Positions 54,332 through 61,953 of a DNA stretch of 64,000 nucleotides are shown one piece after another. Both the position numbers and the translations under genes were made by a program. The notes under the pieces are model-generated. The model did not search any database, was not told where the DNA came from, and saw nothing but the letters and a program-made list of their open reading frames with translations. Position 1 is the first letter of the stretch; every line of letters begins with the position of its first letter. Location: the NCBI RefSeq assembly GCF_056712565.1, contig NZ_CM160072.1; one strand, given 5' to 3'.

Positions 54332-54460
54332 GAGCGAAAAGTGGACATTAGAGTTACAAAAGCAAGTTTAAATCATCCAAAATATTACAATGTCCTTATC
54401 TATCTGATATCGTTATGATAAAAAGCTCCTGAATATAATCGATAGTAGGTGGTTATTTCC

Positions 54461-54838
54461 ATGAAATCAATTTTAGAGGTCTTTACTCAAGGAAATACTA
54501 AAGAAAAACTGGCTGTTATCGCCGATCTCACAACCATTGCGGGAATATCGATTGCAACTATTATTGCTGGTTTGTTAACCCTAGTTGCAAAAACAGATAA
54601 ACTAGATGTTGGAAATCTGTTTGGAGTTGTCATAATATCTCTGCTCGGATTGGCTGGTGTTTGCTGTTTTGTGGCCTTATTTATTTGGGTTATAACCCAA
54701 ATGTCTAAACCATGGGGAACACCTCGGGGGGTTCAGCCCTTAGTTAAGTGTGCTATTTCCCTTATCTTTATCTGTATGTTTTTGCTGGCTGTCTTTACAT
54801 TTTATGAGTTTATTTCTTCGATGAGCATACGCTATTGA
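54461..54838 (+). CDS. Small 3-TM membrane protein (cargo)
   Basis: ATG at 54461 after AGGTGG; the track starts at a GTG 12 nt earlier. 125 aa with three hydrophobic helices. A perfect TATAAT lies at 54434-54439. Confidence 0.6.
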   Translation: MKSILEVFTQGNTKEKLAVIADLTTIAGISIATIIAGLLTLVAKTDKLDVGNLFGVVIISLLGLAGVCCFVALFIWVITQMSKPWGTPRGVQPLVKCAISLIFICMFLLAVFTFYEFISSMSIRY

Positions 54839-54860
54839 ATATAAAATCAGCCCCCATAAC

Positions 54861-55445
54861 TTAAAAGAGACCTTCTATATCGACTTCAATGCCCAAATAA
54901 CGGACTGTGCTTTCCAGTTTCTTATGGCCCAACAGAAGTTGGATCACCCGGAGACTCTTGGTTTTCTTGTAGATTAAGTAAGGTTTTGTTCTTCTCATGG
55001 AATGTGTGCTGTACAGCGAATCTTCGAGACCAAGCTTTTCTACCCACCCATGAAAAATTCGGTTGTATTGCCGGGTTGATATATGGTGGTTAGTTCCGAC
55101 CCGAGAGCGGAACAGGAAGCCTTTACTATGCCAGTTGCCGAGCTTTATCAATGCAGTAACCGCTTCCCTTGTCCCTTTGGTTATCTCAAATTGGACAGGG
55201 CTGCCGGTTTTCTGTTGCAACACCGTTGCTCTGCTTGAGACAGAACTGCCATATGCAGCATCTGATACTTTGAGTTTGACCAAATCACAGCCCCGTAGCT
55301 TAGTGTCCAAAGCCATGTTGAACAGAGCTAGATCGCGTGTTTTACCTTCCAACTCAAGTCTAATCCGGATCCCCCAGATATGAAATATCTGAAGTGGCCT
55401 TTTTTGACCGATGGTACGGTCTTTATTCCACGGTGACGTTTTCAT
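54861..55445 (-). CDS. Small tyrosine recombinase / integrase (cargo)
   Basis: Start set at MKTSPWNKDR (ATG at 55445, SD AGGAG 8 nt upstream), giving 194 aa; the track uses a TTG 34 codons upstream. Catalytic signature: LRGCDL (Arg I), THSMRRT (H-x-x-R), LLGHKKLESTVRYL (His and the Tyr nucleophile). Confidence 0.8.
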   Translation of the reverse strand: MKTSPWNKDRTIGQKRPLQIFHIWGIRIRLELEGKTRDLALFNMALDTKLRGCDLVKLKVSDAAYGSSVSSRATVLQQKTGSPVQFEITKGTREAVTALIKLGNWHSKGFLFRSRVGTNHHISTRQYNRIFHGWVEKLGLEDSLYSTHSMRRTKPYLIYKKTKSLRVIQLLLGHKKLESTVRYLGIEVDIEGLF

Positions 55446-56291
55446 ATTCAAATCTCCTGCAATGTGGGAGATTTGAGTATGGTTGTCTCTCAAGAGCGAA
55501 AATAAGTCAACTATCACTAGTTGTTGCGCATGTACGTATTCTGTCAATTAATTATTGACAATCATCAATTCTGGAATGATCAAAATCATCATATCGAATT
55601 ATAGTCTGGTTGACTGTATCTATTGTTGGTGTCATTTCTGTTATAATATCCTGATAACCTAAAGAGTTAAATACATTTACTAAGGCCTCACACCGAAGGG
55701 CCGTAGCAATTACAAAATTATAAATTGCCAGCCGTTTATTTTCTTGTTTAACTGCAAGAATGAATTCGATAGCAGTATTTTCATCACTTTGGATTGCATT
55801 ATATAGAGATACTATATTTACCATATCATCAGAGAATGTATGTATTGAATCACAAAGGGGAACGTAATGGGCATGATAGTGTGTTTCCCAGCCAATTAAT
55901 TCAAAAAGTCTTCTGGTTCCTGGATATTCAGGTGTATTTGGCCACAATCTATTAAATAGATCAGTTAGTTCTTTTCCCATGCGAATCCTTTCATTTGCTG
56001 CTGGATTAGTCATTCCTTTGGATTTTAAACACTCCAGCCACCGTTTTCCATTACTATGAACTAATTTCTTACTAGCCTTGAGTAATGCTTGTGCATTTTC
56101 GCCATCATCTATTGCTATATAAAATTGATTGGCAGCCTGTTCTATTATAACCCTAGCTAATACTTCCGATGCTGAAAAGGCTCCTATATTCAAAGAAGAG
56201 ATAGCCTGATTACTAAGTTCATTCAGTACATTAAAGTACTGTAAGACCATCAATTTTTGTTCCACACCCTTTAGGTTGTCTGGATTTGCCC

Positions 56292-57197
56292 CTATATTTC
56301 CAGACACCTGTTATCACTTAACCCATTACTGGCTTGCTGCCGTAGATATTCCCGTGGCGAGCGATAACCCAGTGCACTATGCGGATGCCATTCGTTATAA
56401 TGCTCGAACGCCTCTGCAAGGTTCTTTGCTGCCGTTAACCCGTCTGGTTTGGGCATGACACTGATGTAGTCACGCTTTATCGTTTTCACGAAGCTCTCTG
56501 CTATGCCGTTACTCTCCGGACTCCGCACCGCCGTGCTCTTCGGTTCAAGCCCCAACATCCGGGCAAACTGCCGTGTTTCATTAGCCCGGTAGCATGAACC
56601 ATTATCCGTCAGCCACTCTACTGGAGACGCCGGAAGCTCGTTGCCGAAGCGGCGTTCCACCGCTCCCAGCATGACGTCCTGTACTGTTTCACTGTTGAAG
56701 CCGCCCGTAGTGACCGCCCAGTGCAGTGCCTCACGGTCACAGCAGTCCAGCGCGAACGTGACTCGCAGTTTTTCTCCGTTATCACAGCGGAACTCGAACC
56801 CGTCAGAGCACCATCGCTGATTACTTTCTTTCACAGCCACTCTGCCTGTATGTGCCCGTTTCGATGGCGGTACAGCAGGTTTTCGCTCAAGCAACAGCGC
56901 ATTCTGGCGCATGATCCGGTAAACACGTTTGGCATTGATCGCAGGCATACCATCAAGTTCTGCCTGTCTGCGAAGCAGCGCCCATACCCGACGATAACCA
57001 TACGTGGGCAGCTCTCCGATAACATGGTGTATACGGAGAAGCACATCCGTATCATCAGTGTGACGACTGCGGCGGCCATCCATCCAGTCATCGGTTCGTC
57101 TGAGAATGACGTGCAACTGCGCACGCGACACCCGGAGACAACGGCTGACTAAGCTTACTCCCCATCCCCGGGCAATAAGGGCGCGTGCGCTATCCAC
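56292..57197 (-). CDS. insD: IS2 OrfB (InsD) DDE transposase, made as an OrfAB fusion by -1 frameshift
   Basis: 301 aa. Slippery A_AAA_AAG at 57197-57203 in the orfA/orfB overlap. Confidence 0.92.
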
Positions 57198-57520
57198 TTT
57201 TTTGCCCGTCCATATTCAACGGCTTCTTTGAGGAGTTCATTTTCCATCGTTTTCTTGCCGAGCAGGCGCTGGAGTTCTTTAATCTGCTTCATGGCGGCAG
57301 CAAGTTCAGAGGCAGGAACAACCTGTTCTCCGGCGGCGACAGCAGTAAGACTTCCTTCCTGGTATTGCTTACGCCAGAGAAATAACTGGCTGGCTGCTAC
57401 ACCATGTTGCCGGGCAACGAGGGAGACCGTCATCCCTGGTTCAAAGCTCTGCTGAACAATTGCGATCTTTTCCTGTGTGGTACGCCGTCTGCGTTTCTCC
57501 GGTCCTAAGACATCAATCAT
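57155..57520 (-). CDS. insC: IS2 OrfA (InsC), HTH protein
   Basis: Start set at [26 protein letters not shown], giving 121 aa. Confidence 0.92.
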
Positions 57521-57957
57521 CTGCTCTCCAATGACTAGTCTAAAAACTAGTATTAAGACTATCACTTAAATAAGTGATATTGGTTGTCTGGAGATTCAGG
57601 GGGCCAGTCTATTGTCTATTTTATTTTTATGCTCCTCAAATTTTGCATGGATATATTTATTTATCGCGGCTATTTTTTTTACATCTTCGTCAAGATCAAA
57701 CGGGCAACGTCCAAACAATTCTTTTTTCATATATTTCTCCTGTTGTACAAGCTTCCATAAGTTGGCAGATTATACACTGAAGATTACCTATAAATAGCTG
57801 TGCGGGATAGCAGATCAGTGCAAGAAGTACAACCAAGTGAACTGTGCGTATTCAGATACCTGGCCTAACGTTCGCGATAGCCGTCCCCTGCACGAAGCCA
57901 TATATTAGATGTATTAGCTCAGACCTTATCTGACAGGTTGAGTAGGTAGAATCTAAT

Positions 57958-57976
57958 CAAAGCTGACAGTCTGGTT
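57958..57976 (+). repeat. 19-bp dyad-symmetric site B (attR-like boundary of the cargo segment)
   Basis: AAAGCTGACAGTCTGGTTT, a direct repeat of site A. A lone half-site-like GACAGGTTG lies at 57931-57939. Confidence 0.55.
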
Positions 57977-58080
57977 TGGACTGTGAGTTCAACCGATGGA
58001 TGCAACACACAGCGATCTACGGACATTACTAGCATAGCTGTGTATTAATCATCGGGAAGCAGGTCAGTCCGCTCCTAGCA

Positions 58081-58099
58081 CAGAGCAGACTGTCAGATT
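58081..58099 (-). repeat. Third, inverted copy of the site (site C), in the loop of a 9-bp hairpin downstream of G
   Basis: The plus strand AGAGCAGACTGTCAGATTA matches 16/19 of the reverse complement of site A. It is flanked by AGCACAGAG / CTCTGTGCT (58077-58116). Confidence 0.45.
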
Positions 58100-58151
58100 A
58101 GGCTTTACTCTGTGCTATAGATACGTTAGCTCACTCCAGAGATCATACAAC

Positions 58152-58679
58152 TTATTGCGGCATTTCCGGCCATTCAGGATTTGCAGGATCCACACGGCTG
58201 ACCAGAACACTGTAGCGTTCCCATGCTTCCAGTCGGCTACGCTCCTCATCTGTTGCCATATTCAGTCTGACAGAGCGTTCCAGTGGCTGAATGATAGTTT
58301 CAGCTTCGGAAAGCAAAGCTGACTTCTGTAATTCCGCCAGTTGCAGCTGTTCGTCTGCCGTATAAATCCGCTTAATCACGGCACCATCCTTAAACATCCA
58401 TTTACCTGAGTCATCAGCACGTCGGTTGGCGGTAATATCAGGAACCTCGACAACGCTAAAACCTTCAGGGTTGAGCGTTGAAGCATCTCTGGTGATGCCG
58501 ACAATTATATTATTCTCATCGTAAACAATCTTTATCGTGTCTTCCTGAAAATTACTTACTTCCTCATACCAGTTTTTTCCCTCTTCGGACCATAACCAGA
58601 TAACATCAAAATTTTTTGTCAGTTGATATTGGGCAACAGTTTTTGGATTACCCGCAGTAATATTTTTTAAATGCTGCAT
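58152..58679 (-). CDS. G: Tail fibre assembly chaperone (gpG position; Tfa/Mu-U type)
   Basis: 175 aa immediately downstream of the fibre gene. C-terminus ...[25 protein letters not shown] is typical of the Tfa family. Confidence 0.85.
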   Translation of the reverse strand: MQHLKNITAGNPKTVAQYQLTKNFDVIWLWSEEGKNWYEEVSNFQEDTIKIVYDENNIIVGITRDASTLNPEGFSVVEVPDITANRRADDSGKWMFKDGAVIKRIYTADEQLQLAELQKSALLSEAETIIQPLERSVRLNMATDEERSRLEAWERYSVLVSRVDPANPEWPEMPQ

Positions 58680-58682
58680 AAA

Positions 58683-61412
58683 TTACACCTGTGCGACGTT
58701 ATACCATGTGCCATTGATGTATTTTTGTATTGGTCTGAATACTGCGGGGTCATCACCATCGACTTCACCGACAATACCAAGCCCGGTAATTACGTGCCCT
58801 GCTTTCTCATACATCACCCCTTTCTGCATGGTCTGGACAACACGTGTGCCAAGTCTGACATCTCTCACATAGCGGGAATCAAAGTTACCGTAATCCGAGG
58901 GATTAACACGCCCCGTAATATTTATGGTTTTATTACTTTGAACGCTTCCGGAGACAAAGCGCATAACATGGACGCTATTAGCATAAACATCCAGATTACC
59001 ATCACCATTTTGTTTAAAGCCCGTGTCATTATCACCCAAAACAATCGAATTACCGCCAAGAGCACTGGATGTTCCTATACCCAGAGCACCATTCAATTGA
59101 CCACCAGATAACGGCAGTGCACCGACATCTCCCGCTGTAGGTTTTCGCGTTGTGGTATAAAACTCAGACCAGTCAGCCTCGAATCCGTAACCGTCACGAG
59201 CAGAACGATAAAAAATACCACCGTTCTTATAATTAACGCGAAACTGGGCGGCGGGACAACTTCCTTCCCCGATATTAAAATGAAGAATTAACGTTGATGC
59301 CCCACCAATAGTTGCGTTATAGGCTCCGCTACTCCAGTTCCATCCAACGGCTTTATCATTCGCAACGGTGTCTCCTGTTTTTCCTGAAGCAAATGCACCA
59401 ATATTTTTCGGCGTCAGGTTAATATCTGATGTTCCATCAAACGAAACGTTATTAATTTTACGGGCTGTTTTCAGCTTTGTTGCTGTCGCCGCATTGCCGG
59501 ACAGTTCACCAGAAAGGCCAGCACTGAATGTCTGTTTCGCGCCCCATGTCTGGGCTTCGTCGATAATTGGCACACGTCTTGTCGTGATCGTGCGGCTTCC
59601 CGGATTTCCTGAAATACGCACCATAAAAAAGCGGTAGTTGGCTTTACTTACAGTGCTGCGCCATACATGCATTGAGCGTCCCGAACCAGAATCATCACTC
59701 GGACCGACTGAGATGTTTATCAGGTTGCCATCAATGACGCCCCAGTCCATACCGTCGGGAATATTGGTCATGTTATCCAGCCGAACGGTTATCAGACTGC
59801 CCGGCACAAAATCGTATGTCTGCCAGTCCAGGCTGGTGAGTTTTGCCACTGCGCCACCGATACCCAACTCTAACGGCAAAGAGTTTGAGTTATAAATCTG
59901 TCGCCACTCCCCCCACGCGTTAAATGAGCCACCAAGAAACACTCGCTCATATAAACGGTCTTTTGTAGCTGCGCTGGTTCCTGTGGTCGTGTAACGTTGC
60001 AAAACATAGACACCATCCTTGCGCCTGATGACTTCCAGAAAACCAGACTGCCCCTGGATTGGGGTGTGGGTCGCTTTGCCTGTCACACTGTAAATACCTG
60101 GAGACATCAAATCATCCAGGTCATCCTCATAGAAGGTACTACTGGTCTGATAACCAATTTGGATCCAGTCTTCCCACTGTGGATTTTCTGCATCCCATTT
60201 GGCTGTCAGGCCGCGAATATACATAGTCCCGTTACGGGTTGTATAACGCTGTGTGCGTCCATATAGCCCACCTTCGAAAATTTCCAGAATGCCCTGCGCG
60301 TCTCCTCCCTGCTCGGGGTAATGTCGTTCAAAAGAAGCTATTGCTGAACTGCTGTTTCTCCATAGACCTAAATGTTCTGCGCCACCGAGAGAGTTAAGGT
60401 CAATGGTCGTACTTAGAGCTCGCGTTACAGCCTGAACATGGCGCCATGCTCCCCATGGTCCATCATTACCATTCCATGTTCCAATGAGTTTGCGGATATA
60501 CAAATTTCCGTCACGTGTGGTATAGCGTTGCGTGCCTGCAAAATTGCCGCCAGTAAAAACCTCAAGCACACCGACAGCATTATCTTCAGGGAAGTTTTTC
60601 TCCAGTGTTGCGTTGGTGGACGTTGCTTTAGACCAGATACCTGAATAAGCCTTAACAGAACCAAACGTATTCAGATCAGCATCAACCGGCATTTCGCCAT
60701 TGTTTTTCATAAACGTCAGGCTGGTAACGCCAACATTGTCCAGAAAAGCTGATTTATCCTGGATATCTGCACCATTCTGATTTTTCGCCAGACGTGAATT
60801 TGCGTTGTCATTTGCTGCCTTGACCGCTTTTGGCGTTGCTGCCAATGACTCACTGGTGCTGTTTGTTGCACTGCTTAACTGAGTAAAACCTTTTTCTGTC
60901 AGCGTGGCGTCAGGATGGCGGCGGGACTGCTCATGCTCTGCGATTTTGTCATCGACGTAATCCTGCGTCGCCATCACTGTGCTGGCATCAATACTCAGCT
61001 CAACGGACGCCACGTTACTGACAATAATAACCATGCGGCAGGTCTGCGCACGCCCGGAGCCTTCAGCCAGTTCTGGCTTATAGCTTTCAGCCATGTTGGA
61101 TACCGCAATCAGTGTTCCGGCATCGTCATACAGACCAAGCTCACGCATCCAGAAGCCGCCCACTTCGGGCGGTACAACCAGTTCAGCCACGATATAGTTT
61201 TTATTCTTGTTATCCACGCTGACTTTATTCAGAGCGTGACGCCAGACCTCATGCACCAGTTTCGTCTGACCGGCATCCGGCACCGGCAATTTGCCATTAC
61301 CGTCACCCACGGCCATTGCAGACAGGGTTACTTTTTTCCCGCCGGGGACAGTGGCGGCTGCCAGCTTTGCGGCTCCGGCAGTAGTGATAACGGTTTTAAA
61401 TTTCGTGCTCAT
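58683..61412 (-). CDS. H: Tail fibre protein H (mosaic, 909 aa)
   Basis: P2 H-like N-terminus (MSTKFKTVITTAGAAKLAAA...EHEQSRRHPDATLTEKGFTQLSSATNSTSESLAATPKAVK), three internal knob-like repeats, and a Mu/lambdoid-type C-terminus (NAATATKLKTARKINNVSFDGTSDINL...). Confidence 0.9.
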   Translation of the reverse strand: MSTKFKTVITTAGAAKLAAATVPGGKKVTLSAMAVGDGNGKLPVPDAGQTKLVHEVWRHALNKVSVDNKNKNYIVAELVVPPEVGGFWMRELGLYDDAGTLIAVSNMAESYKPELAEGSGRAQTCRMVIIVSNVASVELSIDASTVMATQDYVDDKIAEHEQSRRHPDATLTEKGFTQLSSATNSTSESLAATPKAVKAANDNANSRLAKNQNGADIQDKSAFLDNVGVTSLTFMKNNGEMPVDADLNTFGSVKAYSGIWSKATSTNATLEKNFPEDNAVGVLEVFTGGNFAGTQRYTTRDGNLYIRKLIGTWNGNDGPWGAWRHVQAVTRALSTTIDLNSLGGAEHLGLWRNSSSAIASFERHYPEQGGDAQGILEIFEGGLYGRTQRYTTRNGTMYIRGLTAKWDAENPQWEDWIQIGYQTSSTFYEDDLDDLMSPGIYSVTGKATHTPIQGQSGFLEVIRRKDGVYVLQRYTTTGTSAATKDRLYERVFLGGSFNAWGEWRQIYNSNSLPLELGIGGAVAKLTSLDWQTYDFVPGSLITVRLDNMTNIPDGMDWGVIDGNLINISVGPSDDSGSGRSMHVWRSTVSKANYRFFMVRISGNPGSRTITTRRVPIIDEAQTWGAKQTFSAGLSGELSGNAATATKLKTARKINNVSFDGTSDINLTPKNIGAFASGKTGDTVANDKAVGWNWSSGAYNATIGGASTLILHFNIGEGSCPAAQFRVNYKNGGIFYRSARDGYGFEADWSEFYTTTRKPTAGDVGALPLSGGQLNGALGIGTSSALGGNSIVLGDNDTGFKQNGDGNLDVYANSVHVMRFVSGSVQSNKTINITGRVNPSDYGNFDSRYVRDVRLGTRVVQTMQKGVMYEKAGHVITGLGIVGEVDGDDPAVFRPIQKYINGTWYNVAQV

Positions 61413-61422
61413 TGTTTCTCAC

Positions 61423-61953
61423 TTATCCGGGATAAACAGTAATAACATCACCATCACAGACCACACCGCCTGTATACAGACAGCCGGGAATGTCCTGGAT
61501 AATGTTCAGACCGATAAGGTGGCGACTTGCGGGTTTGGCATCGGCAATAAGCCGTTCCATTTCCAGATACATCTCCTCCGTGATGCCGCTTTCCAGCACA
61601 CCGATATCAAGGCGAAAGGTTCCGGGCGGGTCGTTTGTCTCCCACCATTCCTTTACGTTAATGAGATAGCCGAGCGGCTCCACCACACGCCGGATTGCGC
61701 CTATAGTGCCCTTATGGCAGTGAATGAAATACGCATCGCGGATAACGGCGCGTTTTGTTGCTTCCGGCCACTTTTCATCCCACCTGTCAACAGAAAACGC
61801 CCACGCCAGCCACGGCAGCAGATTTGCCGGACAGGTGTCCGGGTTCCACAGCTCACGAATACTGACCGGCGTTTTTTCAATTTCCGCACAGGCTTTTGCG
61901 GCGGCAACTTCAAGCGGTGATGAGCCGGTCGGCAGCAGGCGCGAATCACTCAT
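61423..61953 (-). CDS. I: Baseplate protein gpI
   Basis: 176 aa at the P2 position between J and H. Confidence 0.85.
   Translation of the reverse strand: MSDSRLLPTGSSPLEVAAAKACAEIEKTPVSIRELWNPDTCPANLLPWLAWAFSVDRWDEKWPEATKRAVIRDAYFIHCHKGTIGAIRRVVEPLGYLINVKEWWETNDPPGTFRLDIGVLESGITEEMYLEMERLIADAKPASRHLIGLNIIQDIPGCLYTGGVVCDGDVITVYPG

Larger units (their letters stand above)
56281..57611 (-). mobile_element. IS2: IS2 (IS3 family), 1331 bp, with a 5-bp target duplication TTGTC
   Basis: Termini TAGACTGGCCCCCTGAATCTCCAGACA (minus strand, from 57611) and TGGATTTGCCCCTATATTTCCAGACA (plus strand, from 56281) are imperfect inverted repeats. TTGTC is present at 56276-56280 and 57612-57616. Confidence 0.93.
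55552..57730 (-). pseudogene. 280-codon gene of unknown function interrupted by IS2 (cargo)
   Basis: 5' part 57730-57612 encodes MKKELFGRCPFDLDEDVKKIAAINKYIHAKFEEHKNKID. 3' part 56275-55552 encodes NLKGVEQKLMVLQYF...RIDDCQ*. Removing IS2 and one TTGTC copy restores one frame of 843 nt. The track ORF 55552-56307 borrows its first 9 codons from the IS2 end. Confidence 0.85.

Noticed and set aside
54209-54418. A 69-aa GTG-start plus-strand ORF.
   Set aside because: It runs through the terminator hairpin (54226-54254) and the att-like site A. It has no SD and is AT-rich junk-like sequence.
57574-57797. Two overlapping plus-strand ORFs of 68 and 61 aa.
   Set aside because: They start inside the IS2 terminus and run antisense through the 5' fragment of the interrupted gene, so they are artefacts of the insertion junction.
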